The notes beneath the pieces were generated by a model. It was given only the letters and a program-made list of their open reading frames with translations, searched no databases and was not told where the DNA came from. A program made the translations under genes and the position numbers. From contig NMRA01000034.1 in assembly GCA_002633005.1 (NCBI GenBank), positions 407,696 through 471,695 of the forward strand: a stretch of DNA of 64,000 nt, written 5' to 3'. This DNA comes from Phoronis australis (Eukaryota > Animalia > Phoronida). Shown in pieces: positions 50,580 to 63,036 of this stretch. Positions within the stretch are counted from its first letter, which is position 1. Each line of letters opens with the position of its first letter.

Positions 50580-53458
50580 CAAGGAGTGTAGTAGAGTAGA
50601 AGAGTTCACTCCGCCATTTTGCCATTCGCCGCAATGGTTACCGGTCGAAACACTAGCGTACCAAGCGTGAATAATCAACACTTAGTTAGGAGCACAGTCC
50701 GAACAAACACTGATAAATTCATACTTTAATGACATCCAACGTGCAATAAAATTACTGTGTGATTGAAAATGGTTAGAATACATAAACTAACATCCACTTA
50801 TAATCGAATGAGAACGAAAATGTGTATTTTAATCAATAATTGTATTTGTTTTTATTCTCTTGAAGCTCCCTTCAAAATCCATCATGGTTTTGTTTCATGT
50901 TTGAGTTCTTAACAAGGCAATTATCGTTCCTTATAACAGTTCATACCTCCATGGACTACATAATTTGAATGATTGCTCCTGGGGGTTCAGAGGGGAATTC
51001 CTCCCAGGTGCCAACTAAGGGAGTACCAGGCAAAAACCAGGTGGGCGCCAAATGGGTGTTGACCCCCTCCCAAGGGGGTTACATGGGAGGAGTGCTAAAC
51101 GGGTAAAAACCAATGGGGTATGCCACAAGGGAGTTGAGCCCCTCCCATCGTCACACATTTTGGTTGCTCCTCTGACCATTAATAAACATGTTGCTCCAGC
51201 TCACTGCTGGTTTCATCTCCACCCAACAATTTCCCATGTGTTCCCTATTCAATGCACCAGGATACTAGCAATGCGAACAATTGTTTTGTGCAGTGGGTGT
51301 TACACAAGTAAGAAGAAGAAACCAAAGCAATTCATCACTACCACAAAATCGTAATATAATTTTAGAACATTCCATTATTTCTTAGACATGCCAGTATAGG
51401 GTAAACTCGATTCCACTCTCCCAATATAATCGCCAACAGTTACAAGTCAGTTGCTAATCTGTAGAATAGCTCACAACTTACAAAACGAAGTAACATTGAG
51501 TATATCACTCATAACTAGTCCAAGTTCAAAATGTCATGACAAAGAATTAAGGTACTGAACAGCAATCAAAATATTCACTACCCACATAGCTTCATACAAA
51601 ACTTAATTAAAAAGAGTGACTTGGATTATAAAACCAAAATTTAATTTTACACATCCACTGTTCCTATTATCAATAACAGCAAGTATTTCAGGTAAGTTAA
51701 AGCCAGACCACAAGTCAGATCATATCTGTTACCTAGCCACAACTGGGGCTTAAATTAATCACAATCTCCAAAAACGTACACAATAGCCAACACATACACC
51801 AATACAACCTTGTCACTCTCTATTATTGGGGACAAATAAAACAACAAGAATAATAAATATTTTAAGTTGTATTGGGAATTTCAGGGTCACAGCTCTACAA
51901 ATAAATATTTCACAGAAGGAACCAGATGGGTTCCTTAATTACAAGAGATAACACACACATTTCCGATACCCAAAGTGTAACTGAGTATGGGATACTNGGC
52001 CAACAGGAAGCTGGAGAGAAAGAACAAACAGCGCAACCATCGGACTTGGTAGGAACTAACCAGCAGTTGGATATGAAGCATGAAGGGCTCTATAATGGTA
52101 TTTGCCCAAATAATAGGATTTATGTCAGAGTGCCATAAATCTCATTAATTCACTAGTAAACAACAACACTTTTCGCCACAGAAATGCGTTATAAATAAGG
52201 CTAAAAACTAATTTACACTCAGAGGTGTTTGTCATCGAGAAGTAAAATGATACGGATAGCTTGGGTTTAACAAAATTTCAGCCCACCATTCAGACTCAGA
52301 AAGATCCATCAGTTTCACTTTGGCTCTCTCCAAATCACAGGCTTAACCATTCATAAAATGTTTCAATCTGATCAACCTTAGTAAAATACGAAAACCAGAT
52401 TTTGACTAATTGTCCTCTCTACACGTGATGTTCCAGTACTTGCTTTGTGAGACGATAATCACAAATGCAAAAGCCTATTCCAGAGTTGGGGAACTTTTTG
52501 ACATCTTCATTTTTGGTGGATTCGGGACATCAAATATTGCTCGAGCACTCCATTCAATATTAGCTTGTTCTTCATTTGTCAACATGGACTCCTCGACGTA
52601 ATGAGAGCAAAACTTGCAGTTCTTGGACAAGCAGGCTGCATCTCTATTCATAAGGTCGGCTCCAACTAACAGCACTTGCACCTGAACAGAAATCAATGAG
52701 AGACTCAGGAACAAACCTCATACTCACTAGGTTCACAGAAGACTGGTAGCCTAGTACACTAAATTACACCACACTACAGAATTCCTGTCGTACTGTGATT
52801 GTGGTAGAGACAAAAGCGTCTTGGTGTCAACTGAAAAAATAGGACTCAAATGTCGGTCCACGGATATTTTAAGGGCCGCGCCCCTGCATCATTGGCATAT
52901 AGAATCAAGTTTTCAATGACGCACTGCTTAACTTAATTGGCCCAACTAGCACATTAAAATTATGTCGATTTCTTACCTTTTCACCGAGACCAACAAATTC
53001 TCTAACTTGACTCATGACAGACTTGAGGCCCTGTGGTTGTGAAATGGCCGTGTCACCAGTTATATTACCCACATCGTACGTTAATCATAGTGCTTCCGCC
53101 GGCAGCCCGGCTGTACAGTAGGCCTAGCTTGCTACACTGCAGCCAACAATGGCAACGGCAGGGGACTGCGATCAACTTGTCTAACAACTGTGAACAGAAC
53201 ACACAAAATGAAAGACAGTGTATCACATTATTGAATAACAGATAATCCTTACCTTTCTGGATCCTTAGGGAACCTAAAAATGACACGTCTGGGGTTTTCG
53301 TGGATGAATTCATGCAATTTATCGCACTGCAAAATGCGTCTTTCTTCATTGTTTTGGCGCTTCCTGGTTGACCGTTGCTTGTTCACCACTTGGCGGCGCT
53401 AGTAGTAGCGGTAACAGCGAACTCGCAAGTGAATTCTCCTACTCTACTACACTCCTTG
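50580..53458 (-). mobile_element. P-superfamily-like non-autonomous DNA transposon
   Basis: TIR CAAGGAGTGTAGTAGAGTAG / CTACTCTACTACACTCCTTG; perfect 7-bp TSD CTGTGTA; spliced THAP remnant at the right end. Confidence 0.82.
52475..53349 (-). pseudogene. Two-exon THAP domain remnant
   Basis: Exon 53349-53253 MKKDAFCSAINCMNS..VSF(frameshift)FPKDPE-AG|GTAAGG; exon from 52681 (TCTGTTCAG|G TGC AAG = R-C-K) with LSKNCKFCSHYVEESM..AIFDVPNPPK. Confidence 0.72.
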
Positions 53459-54818
53459 CTGTGTAGCTTCAGTGACGTCACGAATAACAGCGCTCCCAGT
53501 GGGGCTTTATAGAACTAATGATTTTTTATTTAAAAAAGAAAAATACTGGGCACTATTTAAGAAGATTGAATGTCACTAACGAACCTTTATACTTTCAAAG
53601 TGTATACTAAAATGCTGAAAAATGTAGTTCAGGTTTCTCTTAAGGTTACGTGTGACCTAGTTGAAAAACTGTCAAAACTTGAGGCGGTAATGAATGTGGC
53701 TGTTGAGCCAATTTAGATTTTAAAAGTATATGGCTTCAAAAATTAAATCTTAAAATCTTCAGTAATAATTGAAGAAATGAAACCCTTGGTAATGAAAGAA
53801 GTCAGTACCTAAAGCAGGCCCGTAGCCAAGGGGGAGGGGTTCGAGGGGTTCGATCGAACCCCCCTCCGCGAAAAAGGTCCAGCCTCAGCCTATCGGTTAA
53901 AGATAGGACACAGATAGATAACAAAATTGTGGCAGCTACTGGTACTACTTACTACAATGATAACTGACTTAGTAATGATTTTGAATTTGCTTCTGATTCA
54001 AAGCGCTTCGCGTATTCTTCGGGCCGTACCCGGCCAACTTCGCTCGAGTTGTGTTTCCGTAGATGACAGGATCGTGCAGAGGATTAGAGGAGGCTTTATG
54101 TTACTCACCGGCATTGAACACACGTGATTATACACCGTAGGGTAACACGGGAGTCTAGAAGTAAATGTCTGTACCTAGTTAAGCTATATAGCAGCGAGAG
54201 ATCTCCCAAAAAGTAGTGCGGTGTGAATGTCTAGTTACAATCGACCAAGTAACAAAACAGCAGAAAATAGGCTTGTTATTTTACATTGCTTGCTAGCATA
54301 GTACGGAAAAGGGTAGGCGTTTTCAAATTTGGAATTAAAAGTGTTCGTAAAATACAGTTATGTTTTTCATCCAGTGTCCAATTCGACTGTGGATTTGTGG
54401 ATTGACATACATGCGTGCTCACATGTGTGGGTTTCCGTCCTTTTAAATTAAGTAGAAGCCGAAGCTAAGTTAACTACAGGTAGCCCTCCGCCGTTGCTCA
54501 AAAAATTGAATTTAACTAAATTAGTGTGTTTTCTTGCACTGAGAAAACACCGACGAGCGTGTTCACATTTTTGGGGAAAAGTTGGTCTAGATCCAATCAA
54601 TCATTTTGGTCAATGAAGATAGACTTCTCTTGTCAATAGTGTGGTGCACAGCCTCAAAAACTTCATACAAGCAACTAAGTTGATGGAAAAGATTTCCAAT
54701 GTTACATGCCACTATTCCGGAGGTTTGTCACCTTTGAAATTCACTACTTCATTCATTTTTGCATGTAAAAGTGTAAAAATTACACACGAGTTGAAAAAGT
54801 TAGATATCTTCGTAGTAT

Positions 54819-55118
54819 GCAGAATTGATTAAGCACACGACAGTTTTCGTTGTTGACAGTCTTTATTCCATTTCGTTCATATTGTTCGGATATTGATGTG
54901 CGTTTCGTTCATATGTTCGGAATAAAACTCTACACTCAACGGAACATTGATGAAGTAACTTACCAAGAGACATGATTAAAATGTACTCGATAATGATGTC
55001 TCTTGGGCAGTTACTTCATCAATGTTCCGTTGAGTGTAGAGTTTTATTCCGAACATAGGAACGAAACGGAATAAAGGCTGTCCATAACGAAAAGTTTCGT
55101 GTGTTTAATCAATTCTGC
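54819..55118. repeat. ~300-bp near-perfect palindrome
   Basis: TGTTCGGAATAAAACTCTACACTCAACGGAACATTGATGAAGTAACT is mirrored exactly by AGTTACTTCATCAATGTTCCGTTGAGTGTAGAGTTTTATTCCGAACA; outer ends GCAGAATTGATTAA / TTAATCAATTCTGC. Confidence 0.9.
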
Positions 55119-55270
55119 TTATCGGAAAACTTGCTCCCGAAGTACAGCCATTTTCATAGTAGGGAACCTTTGAAATAGTGAACCTTCGGAATGGCGAAAC
55201 GAATGATGAGTAGTGGACTGTTCTCATTTCCAACGACGTAAGCAACTTAAGTAACATGCAAAAATATATA

Positions 55271-55415
55271 TACACAAAACGTATCGAGAGTGACGCAGAT
55301 GAAGTGCACATTATTCCGCGTAGTATCGACCGAGACCGAAGGTCGAGGTTCGATACGCGGAATAATGTTGAGTGGGATATTACTTCATCTACGCCAATCG
55401 ACGTACGTTTTGTAT
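55271..55415. repeat. ~145-bp imperfect hairpin
   Basis: ACATTATTCCGCGTA..TCGACC.AGACC-GAA-GGTC.AGGTTCGA.TACGCGGAATAATGT core with outer CAAAACGTA..AGATGAAGT / ACTTCATCT..TACGTTTTG. Confidence 0.7.
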
Positions 55416-57261
55416 CCCACACGCGTTGAATCTGTCGAGGGAAATACCGCCACGTAATATTTTCCCGCACTACTTCAACAGTGACCTCTGACATGAAAAG
55501 TTCAAAAGGTAGGGCAATGTCGACTCGACGTCGTTAGCCGGTTAGATCGAATTTCTGACGATATGGACCTTTTGCTAACAAAAAAGCGGGAAGAGTAAAA
55601 AACGGGATACCACCTTCAGAGCAGTGAATTGTTTGTTTACGCCTTTTTAGTGGATTTTTGTCTCGTTTTCTCGGACTTCTCGTTTCTCTGAGACGGACCT
55701 TTTTGCAAACTTCGCCAAATCGGAGCCCCCCCTCCCCTCTGGGTGCGGCACCCTCATCTCTGGTATTACTAATTCCGTCTCATCTCATCTCAAAAATATT
55801 GAGCTGCATGAGAGCCATCGTTGTCTATACAAATTTCCCTTTCCCCTGATTAAGCTTCCTCAACTGAGGGCCTTAATGAAAACCCACAATGTCGACGTTT
55901 GCAAAATATCAAAGGTCCACCGTTCAAGAAATTCGAACCACCACTTGCGCAATGCTGGCTACGAGCCTGCAAAGTTATGGGTCTCTGTCTTGCAAAGCAG
56001 TGGGCCGCTGGGTCATGACTAGAATTACCGCAATTTTACAGCAAATGTGTCTGATGGTTGCAAAAATGTGTTAGGTGTATGCCTACAAACAATAATCTAA
56101 GTTTTTGGTGATAATTAAAATACCTTGTGGTGTTATATTCACGCTCTGCAGTATATGAGCAGCAGTGTTTATTTTCCTTGCGTTGTTGCATTGCCGTCTT
56201 CCTCAAATTTGAAGTTGACACGCTAAATGGAATAATTCATAGCAGGAATTTTCAATGAACCCGTGCATGTGATAGATCGATCTCTTCTTACGAAAGTCCA
56301 GAAAAGAGTTATTTTGTACTTCGTCTCTGCACGAGTGATAATTTGCATGAATATAGTGTTATTTTGATGTTCATAGCCATAAATAATCCTTTTTAAAATT
56401 GTCGATTTCATACTACTTCAATTTTTATTCATTCTTAGTTAAGTGTGATGCGTGTTGTAATAACGTCTGCCTTGGCAAAGGAATTTAATGACACGTCACG
56501 AGCCGTTTAGATCAATGAGAGGACTTGACAATGTGCATTTGAGCATAGAGGGATGCTCTAAAAAGCCACAAGACAGTTCCATGCAAAGCAGAATCAAAAC
56601 AATAGAAGGTTTGACTGTTGTACAATTGAATACAAGAATGGAAAGGCGAGAACATGGTGGTCGGTAAACCTTTGTTTGGGTTAAGAAAACGATTGTACAA
56701 AATGATGCTATGACAAATTCTACATTTTCGCTACAAGAATTCGGAGAAGATAATCATTGAGAAAAAAAATATTTATGAATGGGTGCTGTTCTTGCGACAC
56801 GTCACTGAGCGAGTCTCTCAACCAGACGTGAGACAGCGTGATGGCCGTATACATGCCGTGTCTTTTTAGAATTCCAAGACCCATAAATGTACTGACAGCC
56901 TAAACAACAAGTTTTGTGGCTTTTGAAATTCTACTTGAATTCTATTCTGAAACCAATGAAATGCACCATAATTCACCTTATTACGTATTCCTTCCGAAAA
57001 TTTCATATGGCGGTGCTCCAGACCTGAGTATGTAAGGGGTTGCCAGGCTTTCATGTTCTCCCAAGAATGCGCTTTAGATACGACAACAACAATAACTTGT
57101 GGAACTCCAGTCGAGTGAAAAGGATGCTGCAAAAGTGCTTGATATTTCGGCATTGTGGGTAAATACAACGCGATTCGAGTCTCACTGTGAAATCCTGGTA
57201 GGATCCATTATGTGATGTATGTCCCTATTCAGCATTGCAGGTAGAACATAATAAATTCAAG

Positions 57262-57402
57262 ATGGCGCTTATTGTTCCGTTTGCGCCTGACATGAAGCTA
57301 GGTGCAATGTACGATCCGATGACTGGGACGACCAAAGGTGCTGCGATCCTCGAATACACCGATGATAAAACTAGCACGGAAATTCCTGATGTTAAGTACA
57401 AG
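57262..57402 (+). CDS. Stonustoxin-like MACPF/CDC protein, exon 1
   Basis: AAGATGG start; MALIVPFAPDMKLGAMYDPMTG resembles the LG(M/x)LYD N-terminal motif of stonustoxin-like proteins; donor AAG|GTATGG, phase 0. Confidence 0.7.
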
Positions 57403-57874
57403 GTATGGCAGTTTAATTATACGATTTACTACATGTTTAATGTTCCTGAATGCGTCTCTTGTTCTTTTTATAGGTAACCTTTTGTGATTCATTGTTTGTT
57501 CCCTAATGGTCGTGCGCTGGCAGTTATTGGCAGTTTGTTTCATTGTAAATATGGACCGGTGGCCTTTACAAAAAACAAAATCTATTCTATAGACACACGG
57601 TTTCTATGCCTACGGATTTTCTGGAATTTAGATTTTTCGTACGTACCGTTGGTTGGTGCATTTTACTTTTGCATCTCTGGTTTTGAACTTTGTACCTTCT
57701 GCAAAGAGTTTGTAATAAAGATTGTCCACAACTTACCTTTGACAATAATAATTTCGCTCGGACCTTTACCGGACGAAGTAATACTCTTAACGCCGCACCC
57801 AAGACGTGTACTATTTTACTTTATATTGTTTTACTGGACGCTGAACTCAGCACCAGGATATAGAGGGCTCAGCA

Positions 57875-58569
57875 ATGGCCCATCTAACAGAAAAGGTCTG
57901 AGAAAATTGTATGCTGACCATCAGCACCAAGATGAAGGTCTACCAGAATTGCGTCCTCAGTACCCTCCTATACAGCAGCGAACCATGGTCCCTTTACAGC
58001 CGACAAGAGAGCAGACTCAACTCTTTTCATTTACGCTACCTGAGGATAATTGGCATCAAATGCGAGCATCGTGACTTAACAATGTTAAATTCTAACTCAA
58101 GTGGATCTGGGTAGTATGTACGCAACGCTTACCCAGAGGCGCCTTCGTTGGCTTGGCCACGTCAGGCGCGTAGTCGATGGGAGAATGACAAAGGACATAC
58201 TCTGTGGCACATGCTTCGCTATATAAAGAAGTGTGCAAGCGCGATCTGAAGACAGGAAACATCACGGTAACCGTCGCAGACTGGGAACCTGTGGCCTCCG
58301 ATCGCAGCAGGTGGAGGTCCAATGACAAGTTGTGCATTAAAACCAGCGAGCAAAAAAAGAGAAGTATAACAGACACTACTTAAAAACACAGGCGTCACGG
58401 GACAGCCTCTGATCCTACTGAACAGGATCAAATACACACCTGTGACAGCTGCAACAGATTATGCAGCTCCAGAATCGGACCTTTTGTCACAGCCGATGCT
58501 GCAGTTCAAGCAATGACTGACAAAGAGGGCATACCCATTGTCTCTCGAGACCGACGGCTGCCAACCAAT
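57875..58569 (+). mobile_element. RTE/BovB-clade LINE 3' fragment in intron 1
   Basis: TKMKVYQNCVLSTLLYSSEPW, FHLRYLR, QRRLRWLGHVRR..DGR..KDIL, RYKEVCKRDLK, DRSRWR, YTCDSCNRLCSSRIG. Confidence 0.88.
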
Positions 58570-60345
58570 TCTGTCCATTTTTGAAATTTTTCGCGTACGT
58601 AGAAACTGCAAGTAAGACATGAGCCTAGTGTATAATTAGTCAATGGTTTCTTCACAAATCATAGTTGTTGCAGGTAGTTCTTTTTCATGTGCAAACTTCA
58701 TGTCTTGTAAAGGTTTGTACGAGAATGGATTTACCTAAGTATGTGCAGAACGAATGCGCAAATTCTCACACTCCGACTAGTCACAACAAGCGTCATGGTA
58801 TCGTACATTGTTGAATTGTTTCGCACACTTCCCCCGCCAGACATTGCTTCGTTTCTGTTTGTCTCGTTCAAATGAAAGTGTACCATGGATAAATTATGAC
58901 TAGAGGTGCATAAATTTTGGCGTTGCCTAAGACTTTTATCCAAGAGCACTGTTCATGAACTTGTAACATTTGCCAGGACTGAAGACGATACTGGACTACG
59001 AGTAAAACCGGGTGTTACCCGATTCAGTGAGCCAATGTCAATCAGTAAAGTGTTTACTGGTGCAACGCTCTTCTTACACGATCAGTGATTCTTCTGTCCC
59101 TTGATTGTCCGAAACACAGTACGATGACTTCCGTTCTGAAGGGATATTACCTCTGCGTTGGTTCTCGCGACAGAGGTAGTATAATCTACCGCGGTTACCA
59201 GAATAGTTGACCCGCTGTTTAACGACATTTACAAGAGATGGAAACAATTCCGTGGCCGCCGCAGTGCCTTCCGCCTAAGATCCTCTAAGCCCCAGTACCG
59301 GAGCAGTTAACAGCAAACCCTCAGTGAAAATCTTCAGGCACGCGTCCCTCAGTAAACTGAACACATAATGATATGCCGGAAATGCTCAATGCGCGGTGAC
59401 CAAACTCCAGTCCCGGAGACCAGTCTGATTCCTCAGGTCCGGCAAGTCCTGTGTGAAGTTAAGGTGCACAGCTGTGGGGATTTGTAAGTAGTGGTCGGGA
59501 CTGCAAGTGACTGCTGAAGCAGGAATTAGGTTTACAGGATCGCAGTCAAAACTTTGAGACACGGGGATGAAATTGTTCAACCCCTTGCAAATGCCCCCGA
59601 CATGTTCCATTCGGCTTTGTTTTCCTCGACCATAGGCAAAGCCAAAAAGGTAACACAATTGATTCTGGTTTGTGACTTCTTATTTTGATAGGTGTGCCTC
59701 ATTGTTTGAAGAAAAAGAGCACCAGTTTTAGCAAAAGTTTTTTCCTAATTTTCAGAAACTTCAAAACATGTCTATTGAGGTAATTCTTAACAAACTGGCA
59801 TGACAACTTACCGAAAATCACCTTTTATGGCCAAGTGGAAGGAGGGTTTGTTTCATGGTCAACATCCCCTCCCTCCGATCGTAGTACAACCAATCGCGTC
59901 ACTGACCACTGTGGTACTAAAATAAAACAAAATATAGACTAATCCATCGGGCACATGAGGTCACATGGATCTTGAACTGGGTCCTAGTTATCAAAACCGA
60001 TCCTAGTTGTCGCGCCGGTCTGTTTCATTTTCATTCCTGCAATCGGGTTTTCAAGAAATAATTATGAAGTAAGTGTATGATCTCATCATCAGAATATGAA
60101 GACGAGAATACATCACGGAACGCTGATGATTTCTGGTGAAATCGACACCTAACAAGTTCGGATATTTCTCATTTGACTTTACAAGACCCCTATGTCCTTA
60201 TTGATCAGCAGCATGACCTAGTACTGGCTTGCAAAACATAATGAAAAATAAGCCTGTGTACATCACTTGTATTAAATATGACGTCCACGTACAAGTCTAT
60301 ATAGTCAAAAAGCTGGTCTTTATAGTTTCTCATATCTTTCGTCAG

Positions 60346-60519
60346 GTTTTTCAGCGGACTACAGATGTGATCGATTTGTTTCACTTGACCCCTCGCCAGA
60401 TGTTATGGGCCGCGTCCAACGCCGATACCACAAAATTAGGATATGCTTCTCCTGCAGTAACGAGCCCAGAGTACGACAATGGCTTCTCAAAAGTGATTGA
60501 AAAACACGAGTGTATTTTG
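60346..60519 (+). CDS. Stonustoxin-like MACPF/CDC protein, exon 2
   Basis: TCTTTCGTCAG|GTT ... TTG|GTATGT; 58 codons, phase 0/0: VFQRTTDVIDLFHLTPRQML...KHECIL. Confidence 0.68.
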
Positions 60520-60867
60520 GTATGTCGTATAGTTGTAGATTACTACAACTGTAATTTTACAGAATCATTTAACAGATGAAAATTCTTGCATGGATAACGT
60601 TTAAAATTTATACGTCGTAATATGACACTGAAGAATAAATATTGACTGTTCAGGGTCTAAGACCTCTAAACATCTCCCGAAACTCGATTAGAAAATTAAT
60701 CAATGGCATTCAATGAAAGCCAAAAACTCACTTGAAGAGTGCGACGAATTTAACCTTGAGCCTAGTCTCGAGTGTCGTTTAATGGACTTTGAACCCGATG
60801 CTATGTGACCGGAGCAAACGCATAATAAGATTTCATCGAAAAACTACTCTATGTATTTTTGATTTAG

Positions 60868-61065
60868 TATGACCAAAACATTCGAACAACTGTGAAATTG
60901 AATGACAAGTATGGTGACGAAGTGACTGATCAATTCAAGCCGACGCATTACATCAGCCAAATTCGATATGGCGGCTTCATCGTGGCTGTCACAAAGCTCG
61001 ACTTGGATTGGAGAATTGCGGACAGTGAATTGTTCACTAAAGATCGCCTCCCTTTCGGGGATATG
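60868..61065 (+). CDS. Stonustoxin-like MACPF/CDC protein, exon 3
   Basis: TTTTTGATTTAG|TAT ... ATG|GTAAGG; 66 codons; PTHYISQIRYGG fits the MACPF signature T-H-Y-x6-G-G. Confidence 0.8.
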
Positions 61066-61652
61066 GTAAGGAAGGCTCATTATAACCTAGTACATGTATG
61101 CGCCCCAGCTTATAGTTAAGGCGATAAGTATGGACTTTTTTCGTAATCCTGAGCTTCATCGTTGCATGGTGGTCAAATCCTATCTTTGACAAAATAAAAC
61201 GTTTGTTTATCTTGTAATGGAAATTGAAGAGGTTTTGCCTGCTTTTACTAATAGTAAACCCAGTTGCAAAATATCAAGAAATGGATACTTGAATTATATC
61301 CCGGTGTAGTCCCATGGAAGGTGCATACGGGACGTTTCAGAATAGGATGTTTTTCGGGACCAGATTTGCTATGAAACGAAATCCCGTCCGAAAGAGTGCA
61401 TTTCCGGTTTAGGACTTAACACATAAAAGTAGACGTCAATGAAATATAATTCGAGACCCTATTTGCGGAAGACAGGATGAATCCTTTTTCATGTTGCCTC
61501 TTTAGAACGGTGGGTTTCCGTATTTTCCAACCACACATTTAGGTAAAATAATAGCAGAGGCTATGCTTTAGCCGCACGTGCAGCAGCTTGTCCTAAACAA
61601 CTCTGCAATATTCAATAATTCAATGACTTAAGAGCTGACTCACCCGTTGTAG

Positions 61653-61970
61653 GTCAAAACAAACGGCCTTGAGAACTCTATACAGATGATTAAGAAGGAT
61701 TTCCCGGAAGTGACAGACGTCCAACTCCGCTACTGGTCATCATGTCTTCCGGATGGCGGGAAAGACGCTCATTCTGCAGATACATTCCAGAAAGCTATGG
61801 CTGGGTTTCCAACGGATATAAAAACTAACGTTGCAACTGCCATCCCTTTGTACGTTGTATTGCAACCTTTAACCGACATCTACCCTGAATATAAAGTTCC
61901 AGCTTCGTGGCCGTCATCAGATGAGGAAAATTTAGTTAAATTAAGTAACATTGCAGGAGAGCTCGCTATG
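61653..61970 (+). CDS. Stonustoxin-like MACPF/CDC protein, exon 4
   Basis: CTGAC branch, CCGTTGTAG|GTC ... ATG|GTAGGT; 106 codons; TFQKAMAGFP..AIPLYVVLQPLTDI matches the end of the domain (stonustoxin VPMKVWLAPL). Confidence 0.8.
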
Positions 61971-62442
61971 GTAGGTAACAGAAAATACGTGTGCACTCCA
62001 AACAGAAATTCAAACAACACTTTCTTTTGTTTACCCAGGCAGCATTGTATTGGTCTCATGGTTGGGTATTCAAAATATTAAACGTGTGCCCAGCTATGAC
62101 AATTCTTTTTGTTTTGATTTAAATTAGTCTTAGTTTCAATTACTACATCTCGGCGCATTTAAAACTCTTCAATGAATTCTCCACCGCAACTTTTCACCCA
62201 TTTGGTTTTGCTCATTTTCCTACTGTTTTCTTTTCGATTCGTTTGTCTGTTGTGCGTGTTGTTGAACCTCTCGCTCTTATGAAAATTAAGAATTTGCAAA
62301 AATCTAAGTTGTTCCAAATGCAACCGATGGGTTTTTTCAATGTCCGAGTATAGTGCATCTACTTGAGACACTCGATATACATGGCACGTCAGTGCGTTCT
62401 ATTTGCTACGTATTAATTTCGTTTCATTTTCTCACACAACAG

Positions 62443-62583
62443 TTGATAGGCCTCGGTACTCAATTGAAATCTCAGCTCCTGAAGATCCCGCCTGCGAAAG
62501 ATAACTTGATGGAATTACAAGCGTTTTTCGAGAAACTACCCTTGAAGGACTTCGATGAGGTTATGCGCTGTCTTGATTATACG
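62443..62583 (+). CDS. Stonustoxin-like protein, helical exon
   Basis: TTTTCTCACACAACAG|TTG ... ACG|GTACGC; 47 codons. Alternatively starts at 62450 after a 22-nt micro-exon 62039-62060 (AALYWSHG), which keeps the same frame. Confidence 0.6.
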
Positions 62584-62823
62584 GTACGCATGGGCAAGCG
62601 CTGAACAAGAAATTTCAGTTTTACGGGTTCGTATACATGTATGCGAGGCCATATTGTCACCATTTTATCCGTGCGTCCGGTTTGTGGGCGTTTGGTTGTC
62701 CTCGCAATACTTCAAAACCTCCGTTATTTTGAGGGGATGAGCTACATAGAGAATTTGCCTGTCTGTTATGCTTAATAGAAATGCAAGAGATGGCTATAAG
62801 TGAACGCTCACTGTCGCTTTCAG

Positions 62824-62889
62824 TACTGCGACATTGGAGGTGAAGATGATGGTCTGACAACAGATATTCGGCGAAGCTCTCCTCCATAA
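62824..62889 (+). CDS. Stonustoxin-like protein, candidate terminal exon
   Basis: CTCACTGTCGCTTTCAG|TAC, phase 0: YCDIGGEDDGLTTDIRRSSPP*. Confidence 0.4.
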   Translation, partial: YCDIGGEDDGLTTDIRRSSPP

Positions 62890-63036
62890 ACGACATTGTA
62901 AACAATTGTAGGCTAATAGTAGTGGATCTGAATCTTTATATCGAGGACAGCCTTTGGGATCGCTACTGCAAGCCAATATATTCAAATGTGACTGTGGAAA
63001 AACAAACGTTCACAGGCAACATACATTGAGTCTCAT

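Larger units (their letters stand above)
49512..53639. mobile_element. Possible non-autonomous Kolobok-like element hosting the P-like element
   Basis: TTAA at 49508-49511 and 53640-53643; degenerate TIRs AAGGTTCCTGGAGTACA versus (rc) GAGAAACCTGAACTACA (11/17). Confidence 0.45.
53815..55969. mobile_element. Non-autonomous DNA element with CAGGCCCGTAGCCA TIRs
   Basis: CAGGCCCGTAGCCA / TGGCTACGAGCCTG; flanks TAAAG / CAAAG; contains nested palindromes and a MITE fragment. Confidence 0.65.

Noticed and set aside
57484-58074. 196-aa hydrophobic ORF
   Set aside because: Intronic T-rich sequence fused to an off-frame RTE fragment; non-ATG start.
59290-59658. GC-richer intronic block with a 90-aa minus ORF, possibly a retroelement fragment
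   Set aside because: No motif I could identify with confidence.
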